A DNA stretch of 64,000 nucleotides. Origin: Candidatus Liptonbacteria bacterium (GTDB taxonomy: Bacteria > Patescibacteriota > Minisyncoccia > UBA6257 > 2-01-FULL-56-20). Below are positions 1-8,228 of the stretch, piece after piece. Position numbers and translations under genes: made by a program. A model generated the notes under the pieces. It made no database searches, had not been told where the DNA came from, and saw only the letters and a list, made by a program, of their open reading frames with translations. The number at the start of each line of letters is the position of its first letter. The stretch's first letter is position 1. Location: the NCBI GenBank assembly GCA_016194445.1, contig JACQBP010000035.1, positions 4,396 through 68,395 on the forward strand, given 5' to 3'.

Positions 1-168
1 ACGGCGTTTGGCTCAAGCGATTAAGCGGGCGAGGTTTTTGGGTCTTTTGTCGTTTGTTAGTCGCTAAAGCTCCGCTACGAAATACGAAAATGTACGAATA
101 TGCGAGAAGGCTCCATCCTTTCATTCGTATATTGGTAACGGATTCGTATTCTGTAGCTAAGAAGGATA

Positions 169-735
169 ATGCGTAGTTTGAATGAAGAACTTTTTCTTTG
201 GATTTTTAATCTGGCTCATCAGAATATCTGGCTGGACCGGCTTTTGATTTTTACGGCGCAGTATTTGCCCTACATTCTTTTTCTCTCGGCGCTCGTACTC
301 ATTTTTTCAGAGCCGGGGTGGAAGCGGCGGATTTTTTTCGCTTCCCACTTAGTTTTAGTGATAGTCGTAGCGAGAGGAATAATCGTGGAAGCTCTAAATT
401 ACTTCTACCCCACCCTGCGGCCCTTTGAAGTTTTAGAAATCCAGCCTCTTTTTACGGTGGTTGGATCGTCTTTTCCTTCGAGTCACGCAACGATATTCTT
501 TGGGTTGACAGCGGTGATTTTTTACCTGAATAGAAAGTGGGGCTGGTGGTATTTTTTGCTGGTGACCATCAATGCTTTAGCCAGAGTGGCAGTGGGAGTC
601 CACTGGCCCCTCGATATTGCGGTCGGAGCTCTTATAGGAGTTTTAAGCGCGGTGATGGTTTACCAGTTGCTCGAAGTTTACTTCAAGAAAATTAGTTTGC
701 CTCAGGCGGTGAAAGGATGGGAAGTAGAAAAATAA
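169..735 (+). CDS. PAP2-family phosphatase (membrane protein)
   Basis: Polytopic hydrophobic protein with PAP2 motifs PSSHA and ARVAVGVHWPLD. Confidence 0.6.
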   Translation: MRSLNEELFLWIFNLAHQNIWLDRLLIFTAQYLPYILFLSALVLIFSEPGWKRRIFFASHLVLVIVVARGIIVEALNYFYPTLRPFEVLEIQPLFTVVGSSFPSSHATIFFGLTAVIFYLNRKWGWWYFLLVTINALARVAVGVHWPLDIAVGALIGVLSAVMVYQLLEVYFKKISLPQAVKGWEVEK

Positions 736-764
736 AAAAAGAAGCCTAAAAAGATACCCCCGCT

Positions 765-1526
765 TCAAGTTGAAACGGGGGCGGTCATCGGTTTTTGCCT
801 GAGGCTGTCGCGAAGCCTGACAAGTTCGGTTACGATTCGCTCGGTAACCACGCGGCGGATATCTTCGTCTTTGGAGGTCGAAGAGCGGTCGAAGCGAATG
901 GGTTCTCCGAAGACAACCGTGGTTCGGCGACCAAAACCGGGGAATCTGGGCAACCAACGAGCCAGACCACTGTGTTTACCCGGCTGGCCGCCGAAAAGCC
1001 GGTCCGTGCCTTCGATGTAGGCTGGGATGACGACTGGGCTAGGGTTGCTTTTAGCCACCAAGTACCCTAGGCCATCTCTCATGTCTTCGAGGTTGTAGCT
1101 ACGGGTGCCTTGGGGAAAGATGTGAATGATACCGCCACCCACAATCCTCAAGAGGCGGGCAATCAACTCCCGGTTAAACCTGCCTCGATCAACCGGAATG
1201 GCTCGCCAGGCCTTCAAGATCAGTCTTACCAGCCAGAAGCCGAAGTAGTTTTCCCTGGCGGCCAGATGGTATGGTCGCACTCCGGGCCTCACGATGATTA
1301 CCGGTAAAAATCCGGCGATGCCGACGGCAAACGAATCAAACATGCTTAAGTGATTCGAGGCGACGATGGCGTTTCTTTCAATGCCTTCCAAGTTTCCCCG
1401 CCCGTAGACCCGCATTCGATTTAAAACCCGGAAATAAAAGAGACTGATGGCAACTCCGGCAATGACGGTGAAGTGTTCTGCCCAGATTTCAAGGCGGCGC
1501 AAGGCGGCTCGGACGGTCTTTTTCAT
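765..1526 (-). CDS. 1-acyl-sn-glycerol-3-phosphate acyltransferase-like (PlsC family)
   Basis: NHLSMFD (HX4D acyltransferase motif) and a later FPQGTRS-type motif. Confidence 0.6.
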   Translation of the reverse strand: MKKTVRAALRRLEIWAEHFTVIAGVAISLFYFRVLNRMRVYGRGNLEGIERNAIVASNHLSMFDSFAVGIAGFLPVIIVRPGVRPYHLAARENYFGFWLVRLILKAWRAIPVDRGRFNRELIARLLRIVGGGIIHIFPQGTRSYNLEDMRDGLGYLVAKSNPSPVVIPAYIEGTDRLFGGQPGKHSGLARWLPRFPGFGRRTTVVFGEPIRFDRSSTSKDEDIRRVVTERIVTELVRLRDSLRQKPMTAPVST

Positions 1527-1999
1527 TGGTTACCCTCCTTTGGGTGCTAAGGGATATTTTAAAGAAGTTTGGGTTAGCTGACAACTGGACAAGTCATTAG
1601 GTTTCCCCAGCTTGCCCCGTAGAACAAGGTGGATAGCAATTTTTACGAAGCCGTTTTCTTAAACCAAGTCTTTGCAAAAAAATGTTCATTTTATTTTTGA
1701 GCCATTTTATCCTAAAAATTGGATGGGCTTCGCAATCCACTTTGTTATACGGGGCTTGCGTATTTTAATTATTTTTGGTAGGGTTACAGATAGTAATTCT
1801 TTTTGACATCTTGGTTTACGCTGAACTGATAAGAGAAGCTGGCTTGATTCGCACTCTTTTGGGGAACGGGGGATGAGGTTTCCCTTTAGAGTTTTCAATC
1901 ACGACTAGTGCTCGGACTAAAGGAGGCCGAGCGAAAAGAACTGGGAGCGAACTTAAGCTGGACGCAGTCATCCCTTTTCACTGTAGTAAGGAGGGCTTT

Positions 2000-2746
2000 A
2001 TGACGAGGAAGTGGCCTTGGCTGATGGCCATCGCGGTCGTATTTTTGGCGCTTCTTGTTGGCGGTTTCGATATGTCGCCGGCGTTCGCCAATTATCCGAA
2101 TCCGGTGGCTGTCACGACGAACGATCTCTGGGTCGAGTTTGTGGCCGACACGTCACCGCCGATTTCTGCTTTTGCGGTGTACCCAAACCCTTTAACTTTC
2201 GTCTCGGTCAATTCGGGCAGCGGGTACGGCAACTACACTTACGGTATCAATGTCGTCGAGTGCACGCTCGCAGGGGAATGTTCGGATTGCGCGGAAATCT
2301 CATCGGTGTGGAATGTCCAAGCGTCGAGTTCATTGGCGATCATGACCGGTACGGCGGCAAACTGCGGCGCATCACCGAGATTGGTGAGGCCAGCTTGCCT
2401 AGCTTCTTCTTCCGACGCGGACGATTACACAATGATGGCGACGATGCCTGTCGATAAGCCGGAGAACACGCGGACGATCATGTCAGCGCGTGACGCGATG
2501 ATTTCCGATCCGACGACGTGCCTGGCGGCAATGAAAATCGGCGGATATCGAGGCGAAGGTCTCGGGTCCGGCAATGTTCGCGCCAGTCCGATCTACTGCG
2601 GGGCGAAAATCGGTGGCTGTTACGGCGGCGGTCTGCGTGGGCCTGGCCCTGCTTCTCTCATCGACGGTTTGCCGGTAGGGGTCGTCAACAAGGAAACGAC
2701 GATCGCGGCGCCTCCATTCTCTTCGAAGACAGCGCGCTGGGCGTAG
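2000..2746 (+). CDS. secreted hypothetical protein
   Basis: N-terminal signal peptide (MTRKWPWLMAIAVVFLALLVGG) and a Gly/Ser-rich body. Overlapping ORFs in other frames are treated as spurious. Confidence 0.4.
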   Translation: MTRKWPWLMAIAVVFLALLVGGFDMSPAFANYPNPVAVTTNDLWVEFVADTSPPISAFAVYPNPLTFVSVNSGSGYGNYTYGINVVECTLAGECSDCAEISSVWNVQASSSLAIMTGTAANCGASPRLVRPACLASSSDADDYTMMATMPVDKPENTRTIMSARDAMISDPTTCLAAMKIGGYRGEGLGSGNVRASPIYCGAKIGGCYGGGLRGPGPASLIDGLPVGVVNKETTIAAPPFSSKTARWA

Positions 2747-2789
2747 ATCCCGAACCGGGATGAAACCTGCAAGCGCGCGAAATACAAAA

Positions 2790-2829
2790 CCCTCGGGTGT
2801 ACAACACTGCACCCGGGGGTTTCTTTTTC
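2790..2829 (+). terminator. rho-independent terminator-like hairpin followed by a T-run
   Basis: CCCTCGGGTG...CACCCGGGGG stem followed by TTTCTTTTT directly after the stop of the 2000..2746 CDS. Confidence 0.4.
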
Positions 2830-2896
2830 CCAGGTAGTAGAAACTCGACTTTGTTTTTTTGGAAGTAAAATGCCCAGTCGAGTTTTCACTACCCGG
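2829..2896. repeat. GTAGTAGAA/TTTCACTAC hairpin element, copy 1
   Basis: CCCAGGTAGTAGAAACTCGACT ... AGTCGAGTTTTCACTACCCGG forms a 21-bp imperfect inverted repeat. The same stem with the same mismatches recurs at 40148..40208 and 43492..43550. Confidence 0.6.
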
Positions 2897-2999
2897 TGTT
2901 AATTTGACTCAACCCCTAGTTCGGGTATATTGACGGAAGCTGGAGGTTTGGGGAAGATCGACTTTGACACAGTAAAAACAGGAAGGAGGTGACCCCTAA

Positions 3000-3653
3000 G
3001 TGCTCTATCTTTTCGTTTTAACGGTTGCAATTTTCGCCTTTATTCTCGTGAGGCGAAAAAGCGAACGGGCTCTCGTGAACAGAGTCGAAGACTTGGCGAA
3101 GCTCGGGAAGGTGAAAAAGATCCGGGTTTTATCGAGTTGGTTTATCCCGGCGATTCTTGAAGAGTACTTAGTCGAGCCGGAGAGAGAAACGCGAGAAAGG
3201 GAGGAGGCAAGAGATTTAAAAGTGGCCTGGCCGGCCGAAGAGCCGGAGATGATCGAGATCAAGGTTTCAGCGCACTCAACTTTTTCCATACCGAGGTATT
3301 TTCCGGCGAGTATTATGGGGAAGCTTGAGTGGTACGAATTCTGGCCAATTATTGCCGAGCACGCAGGAGTTTGGCACTTGGCTCAAGTGGAGGAAGAGGT
3401 AGTCACGGCCGGCCGGACTCGCAAAGTGAAGCGAGTGATCTCAACGCGAGATTTTCTTCACACTGGAGAGAGGATCGGAGTCATTGTCCGAAAAGCCTTA
3501 ATGGAAGAAAAGGAGGAACATCACTATCGGGCGCCAAACCAGGGTTACTTGTTTTCACTTCAAGTCTCAAGTGGGATGGAAGTGGAGCCGGGGAACGTAC
3601 TGGTGGTAATGGCGATTCCTACCGGTCGACCAGCGACCAAGAAACCAGACTAG
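3000..3653 (+). CDS. hypothetical membrane-anchored protein (GTG start)
   Basis: ORF with an N-terminal TM helix. The overlapping ORF 3329..3748 in another frame has a non-protein-like composition and is judged spurious. Confidence 0.4.
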   Translation: MLYLFVLTVAIFAFILVRRKSERALVNRVEDLAKLGKVKKIRVLSSWFIPAILEEYLVEPERETREREEARDLKVAWPAEEPEMIEIKVSAHSTFSIPRYFPASIMGKLEWYEFWPIIAEHAGVWHLAQVEEEVVTAGRTRKVKRVISTRDFLHTGERIGVIVRKALMEEKEEHHYRAPNQGYLFSLQVSSGMEVEPGNVLVVMAIPTGRPATKKPD

Positions 3654-3692
3654 CCCGCCTTTTCTCTCTCAAGAGGGAGGCGGGTTTTTTGT
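3654..3692 (+). terminator. rho-independent terminator
   Basis: CCCGCCTTTTCTCTCTCAAGAGGGAGGCGGG hairpin followed by TTTTTTGTTT. Confidence 0.55.
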
Positions 3693-3707
3693 TTGGTGGT
3701 AAAATCA

Positions 3708-4265
3708 TTATTTATAAAAATACCGATAAAAAATATATAAAATTATAACCCAGACAACATACAAAACCGTTCCGATCGTGACTAACTTTAAGTAGGTTCT
3801 AAAACCGGACTGTTCAACATTCGCTAATTTTTCTCCATACGCCGCTGTTTGTTTATGTCTTCTTAAAAAACTTGCGGAATACATCATCATGCCGAAGACT
3901 AGAACTGGAGCAATGAATTCAAGATATCGTAATTTTTTGATGTGATAAAGATAAACAGAAATGATTAACATCAAAAACAAAGTTGCACCAGCAACTACCC
4001 GAACCTTAAAGAAATCTGGAAATTGGCGAGCTATTTTCACCGCTTCTTTACTTTCTTCTTCCTGCGCTAGAAATTCTTTATTTTTTGACACGCGCGGATA
4101 GATGAGAAAGAAAAAAATTACAAGACAAATTCCAATGATAGTGCCAAAGTATTTTGCATTAAATTCAACTCCTAGTAGTATGAGAGTTATGGGTAAAACA
4201 AAAAGCACGAGAATAAAAATAATCCATACGAGTTTATTGGGATTCATTTCCAATGGAGATTTCAT
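3708..4265 (-). CDS. hypothetical polytopic membrane protein
   Basis: Several hydrophobic helices and AT-rich codons; no recognisable motif. Confidence 0.4.
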   Translation of the reverse strand: MKSPLEMNPNKLVWIIFILVLFVLPITLILLGVEFNAKYFGTIIGICLVIFFFLIYPRVSKNKEFLAQEEESKEAVKIARQFPDFFKVRVVAGATLFLMLIISVYLYHIKKLRYLEFIAPVLVFGMMMYSASFLRRHKQTAAYGEKLANVEQSGFRTYLKLVTIGTVLYVVWVIILYIFYRYFYK

Positions 4266-4327
4266 GTAGTCTGTAGTTTCTTAGATTAAAAATTTTTTTC
4301 CTCAAAAATGAAGTTGCCACTCATCAG

Positions 4328-4410
4328 TGGGCAGAGAGGGATTTGAACCCTCAAGGAGTTGCCTCCATAGGTTTTTGAGACCTACGCGTATACCGTTCCG
4401 CCACCTGCCC
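4328..4410 (-). tRNA. tRNA-Leu(CAA)
   Basis: Reverse complement GGGCAGGTGG...CTCTGCCCA folds as a cloverleaf. Anticodon loop CTCAAAA gives CAA, there is a long variable arm, and the T-arm is GAGGGTTCAAATCCCTC. Confidence 0.8.
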
Positions 4411-4457
4411 CGTTTTATTGATTGATAATATGTTAAAAATTGATTAGAGTAAAGACA

Positions 4458-7052
4458 ATGGCGAGGGTGATTTCTATTTGTAATCAAAAAGGCGGGGTGG
4501 GGAAATGTTTGGCGCCAGGGACGCCGGTGCTTCTTTCGTCTGGAGAACTGGTGCCTATCGACAGGGTTTTTGAAAAGCACTGGGGAGATAATTTAGTGAA
4601 GAGGCTTGATAGCGACGGCGGAGTTTTTATTAAACCGAAACATGAGATCGGGGTTTTTTCTTTAGATGACGAACTTAAGATCGTTGAGGGCAAGGTGGAG
4701 GCTTTATACCGAGGAAGAGCGGAAAAGCTTCTCGAGATTAGAAGTAGTAGAGGTAAAACAGTAAAGGTAACCCCCACACACCCTTTCTTGTCGTTCAGGA
4801 ATGGTAAGCCAGGGTGGGTGTGTGCCAATGACTTGGAGGAAGGTGATTTTATTGCGGTACCCCGACAGGTCGAAGTCAGAAGTCGGAATAGCGCCGTAGA
4901 TCTGATTCCGATGGTTCCAGATGAAATTTATCTTTGGGTTAAGGACAAAGACTTTGTGGATGTTCATTTGGCCGACATTCTTTCCCGATCGAGTTTGAAT
5001 CTTGAGGATAAAATATTGTTTCAGCTCTTACAACAAGAAGAGGTGTCCGCTTCCAAACTTTATGCCACAGGAGGCAAGCCAGCTGTTTTTAAGCATCTGC
5101 GGTCGCTTTTGGCCAAAAATGTTGTAAGCCGAAGGAGGAGAGGGGAATATGTTTACTCACTCATTCGGGAAGGGGCCGTTGATTATATGTATCGGAGAGG
5201 TTTTTCGGTTCGAGTTTTTAAGGAGTGTGGTTGGGATAAAAATATGATTGCTAAGATGGGCTATCGCACTCGTTTTGGTTACACGTGTATTCCTATAAAC
5301 CCAATCTGGGAATTGGATAGAGATTTGGCGATTTTCCTCGCTATTATTTTAGCCGAAGGATATCTTGGGCCGTCGCGGATTGTGCTGTTTCATACCTCGC
5401 CTGAGATATTGGATTTTTTTAGCGCCTACTGTAGGAGGGTTGGGCTCCGATGCCAAAAAGAGTGGGTTGGTAATCAGTGGAAAGCGACGGTTAATCAAGC
5501 CGGAACCTTGATGAAGATTCTTCACGAGGTAGGGGAGGTGCCAATACGAGGCAATCGGAAATCATTTAAGGTTAAGGTTCCGGGGGTGGTGCTACGGGCA
5601 CCCAGAGAAATCTTAGCCGCTTATCTTGGCGCCTACATCGGCTGCGAGGGGTATATTGCAAAGGACAGGTCTACGGTTGAAGTGACCAGCGCTAGTTTTG
5701 AGAATATTATTGGGCTACAATATGCTTTTTTGAGATTTGGAATTAACAGTACTTTGAGGAGTGGATGGAAGTGGGCTACTAATTCTCCTGCGCCAAAGAA
5801 AAGGATGTATCACTTTCTTACCATTACCGGCTCTCATGATCTGCGGATTATTTTGGAAGGTTTGCCGATTTTGATTGAGGAAAAAGTCGAGAAACTCAAG
5901 AGGGTCTGTGAACTGAAACCAAACACTAATGTTGACGTAGTGCCAGGGGTAGGGTATTTGATAAAGTCGGTTCGGCAAAGCTTGGGGTTGCGGCAAAGAG
6001 ATGTCGGCATCCAAGGAACAATTACTGATTATGAAGATGGCAGTAATAATCCGTCAAGAACGGCGATCCAGGGAATGGTGGCCACTCTTTCGAGGAGCCC
6101 TTTGTTTTCTTATCAGGATCTCGAGGTAGAACTTTTGGATCGACTGGGATTCTCGGATGTGTTTTGGGAGCGGGTAACTTCTAAAACTTCTAGCGATTAC
6201 GATGGCTACGTTTATGATTTAACTGTTGGTAAATTCCATAATTTCATAGCTGGACAGGGTGGGTTGGTGGTGCACAATACGACGACGGCCGTTAATTTGG
6301 GGAGCTATTTGGCGGCGCTCGGTCGGCGGGTGTTACTCGTGGATTTTGACCCGCAGGCGAACGCGAGTTCGGCTTTGGGTTATGATCCTTTGCGGACGGA
6401 GCTTAGCGTTTATCACGGCATTATTAACGCCGCGCCGCACGAACACGTGATCCGGCCAACCGCCCTATTTAACTTTCATTTAGTGCCGGCGGCGCCGCAT
6501 TTGGCCGGAGCTTTAGTTGAGTTTGTGAATTTGCCGGAGCGGGAATATTTCCTTCGAAAGTTTATTAATCGCGTCAGACATAGCTACGATTATGTTTTAG
6601 TGGACTTGCCGCCGTCCTTGAGTCTGCTCACCGTGAACGGTTTGGTGGCATCGGATGAAGTTTTGGTGCCGGTGCAGGCGGAGTATTATAGCTTAGAAGG
6701 ATTGGGTCAGCTTTTGCAGACGATTGATTTGATTCGAAATAATTTGGGACACAACATTAAGGTTAGCGGCGCGGTGCTTACCATGTACAATAAGGGCGAA
6801 CGGTTGAGTCGGGAAGTGGCGACGAATTTAAGGAAAAATTTTCCGTACACTGTTTTCAACACTGAAATCCCCAGAAGTGTGGCGCTCGCGGAGGCGCCCA
6901 GTTTTTCGAAGCCGGTGATGCTTTACCGGCCGGATTCGATCGGGGCTTTAGCATATCGGAATTTGGCGGCGGAGGTTATGGCTCAAGAGAAGGAATTGAT
7001 TGCGGGGGCGATGGTAGCGAGTCAAGATTTTGGAAATTTTAATGTTATTTAG
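4458..7052 (+). CDS. soj: chromosome-partitioning ATPase ParA/Soj interrupted by an intein (possible alternative start at 4440)
   Basis: MARVISICNQKGGVGK then C...; after residues VVHN the extein resumes TTTAVNLGSYLAALGRRVLLVDFDPQANASS, a typical ParA. The Walker A motif KGGVGK|T is split by the insertion. Confidence 0.85.
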   Translation: MARVISICNQKGGVGKCLAPGTPVLLSSGELVPIDRVFEKHWGDNLVKRLDSDGGVFIKPKHEIGVFSLDDELKIVEGKVEALYRGRAEKLLEIRSSRGKTVKVTPTHPFLSFRNGKPGWVCANDLEEGDFIAVPRQVEVRSRNSAVDLIPMVPDEIYLWVKDKDFVDVHLADILSRSSLNLEDKILFQLLQQEEVSASKLYATGGKPAVFKHLRSLLAKNVVSRRRRGEYVYSLIREGAVDYMYRRGFSVRVFKECGWDKNMIAKMGYRTRFGYTCIPINPIWELDRDLAIFLAIILAEGYLGPSRIVLFHTSPEILDFFSAYCRRVGLRCQKEWVGNQWKATVNQAGTLMKILHEVGEVPIRGNRKSFKVKVPGVVLRAPREILAAYLGAYIGCEGYIAKDRSTVEVTSASFENIIGLQYAFLRFGINSTLRSGWKWATNSPAPKKRMYHFLTITGSHDLRIILEGLPILIEEKVEKLKRVCELKPNTNVDVVPGVGYLIKSVRQSLGLRQRDVGIQGTITDYEDGSNNPSRTAIQGMVATLSRSPLFSYQDLEVELLDRLGFSDVFWERVTSKTSSDYDGYVYDLTVGKFHNFIAGQGGLVVHNTTTAVNLGSYLAALGRRVLLVDFDPQANASSALGYDPLRTELSVYHGIINAAPHEHVIRPTALFNFHLVPAAPHLAGALVEFVNLPEREYFLRKFINRVRHSYDYVLVDLPPSLSLLTVNGLVASDEVLVPVQAEYYSLEGLGQLLQTIDLIRNNLGHNIKVSGAVLTMYNKGERLSREVATNLRKNFPYTVFNTEIPRSVALAEAPSFSKPVMLYRPDSIGALAYRNLAAEVMAQEKELIAGAMVASQDFGNFNVI
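4506..6278 (+). mobile_element. large intein (591 aa) with a LAGLIDADG homing-endonuclease domain inserted in the parA P-loop
   Basis: Starts with Cys (CLAPGTPVLL). Block B is VTPTHPF. LAGLIDADG-like blocks are LAIFLAIILAEGYL and LGAYIGCEGYI. Block F/G is VYDLTVGKFHNFIAG...VVHN, followed by the +1 Thr. Confidence 0.8.
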
Positions 7053-7066
7053 CTACGAAATACGAA
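7052..7066. repeat. GCTACGAAATACGAA motif (half-site copy) between the parA stop and the parB start
   Basis: Identical 15-mer to position 74..88 and one mismatch from 16736..16750. Confidence 0.5.
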
Positions 7067-7094
7067 TTTTTTACTAATATACTAATAAAAAATC

Positions 7095-8228
7095 ATGCTA
7101 GGCAAAGGATTAGAATCTTTAATTCCGCCGGGGGGTGGACAGAAGCCGAATGATGGCGGATCCAGCCAGTCTCAAGATGCGGGTTTGACGGGACAGGCCC
7201 CGATACTAGAATTTCGAAAACCTGAAGGTTCGATAAGTTCGAAATTCAGTACGGGACAGGCCCAGCCCCACTTTCGAGAGAAAGATGGAGCTGGGCAAGC
7301 CCGGATAGTAGAAACTCGGAAGCCTGAAGGTTCGACGAGTTCGAAATTCAGTACGGAACAAGCCCAGCCCCACCTTGTGGATAAAAGTGGAGCTGGGCAA
7401 CCGCGCCTTCGCGAGCACGCTTCGGCGGGCGAGGCGATTTTTCAGATTGAAGTTTCAAAAATTAAACCGAATCCGCATCAACCGAGAAAAGATTTCGACG
7501 AGGAGTCAATCAAGGAACTCGCGGCGTCAATTAGCGAGGTAGGGATTTTACAGCCCTTGGTGGTCACTAAAGTTGAAAAAGAGACGCCGACGGGGACGGA
7601 TGTTGAATACATACTGATCGCTGGGGAGAGGCGGCTTTTAGCATCCAAGAGATTGGGGTTAGAGAGGGTGCCGGCTATTATTAAAAAATTGGATTTTGAA
7701 AGAGAGAGACTCGAGATGGCCATTGTCGAGAATCTCCAAAGGGAAGATCTGAACCCCATTGAAACCGCGAGGGCCTTTTCGAGACTGCAAGATGAATTCA
7801 ATTTAACCCAACGAGAAATTGCCACTCGTTTAGGCAAAAGCCGAGAGGCGGTGGCGAACACCGTCAGACTTTTAGATTTGCCGGTCTTTATACAAGAGGC
7901 GCTGGCGAGAATCCAGATCACGGAGACGCACGGAAGATTGTTACTGGCGGTGGCTGATCCGGCGGCGCAGAGGAAACTTTTTGATGATATTTTACTCAAA
8001 AGAATGACCACTCGGGAGCTCAAAGAAAGAGTCAAACCTCAAAAAGGGAACAGCGGAATTTTAACTGGGAACGATTTACCTCCCGAACTTCAGAGTTTGC
8101 AAGAAGAATTAGTCTCGAAATTAGGAGCGCCAGTGCGGATTCAGCAGCAGGGTAAAACTGGGAAAATTACGATCAGCTTCTTTTCCGAAGAAGAACTCCG
8201 AAGCATTGTCGAGAAGTTAGGCAATTAG
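7095..8228 (+). CDS. spo0J: chromosome-partitioning protein ParB/Spo0J with an N-terminal repeat insertion
   Basis: MLGKGLESLIP start; ParB box IKPNPHQPRKDFDE and GERRLLASKRLGLERVPAII; HTH region. Roughly 95 aa of tandem repeats sit between the N-terminus and the ParB-N domain. Confidence 0.85.
   Translation: MLGKGLESLIPPGGGQKPNDGGSSQSQDAGLTGQAPILEFRKPEGSISSKFSTGQAQPHFREKDGAGQARIVETRKPEGSTSSKFSTEQAQPHLVDKSGAGQPRLREHASAGEAIFQIEVSKIKPNPHQPRKDFDEESIKELAASISEVGILQPLVVTKVEKETPTGTDVEYILIAGERRLLASKRLGLERVPAIIKKLDFERERLEMAIVENLQREDLNPIETARAFSRLQDEFNLTQREIATRLGKSREAVANTVRLLDLPVFIQEALARIQITETHGRLLLAVADPAAQRKLFDDILLKRMTTRELKERVKPQKGNSGILTGNDLPPELQSLQEELVSKLGAPVRIQQQGKTGKITISFFSEEELRSIVEKLGN
7198..7261. 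repeat. MITE-like element with terminal inverted repeats (CCCCGATAC...GTACGGG), in frame within parB
   Basis: About 75-80% identical to 14215..14280. A second partial copy lies at 7300..7365, giving a tandem repeat with a period of about 120 bp. Confidence 0.6.
7300..7365. repeat. second (partial) tandem copy of the MITE-like element inside parB
   Basis: AAGCCTGAAGGTTCGACGAGTTCGAAATTCAGTACGGAACAAGCCC is near-identical to 7214..7261. Confidence 0.55.

Noticed and set aside
3329-3748. 139-aa ORF overlapping the 3000..3653 CDS in another frame
   Set aside because: Arg/Gly/Ser-rich composition typical of an off-frame artefact in a GC-rich stretch.
4440-4457. Upstream start (MIRVKT) for parA
   Set aside because: MARVISICNQKGGVGK matches canonical ParA N-termini; the upstream ATG is kept only as an alternative.
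7206-7418. 70-aa antisense ORF inside parB
   Set aside because: It is a by-product of the tandem repeat and lies antisense to a well-supported gene.
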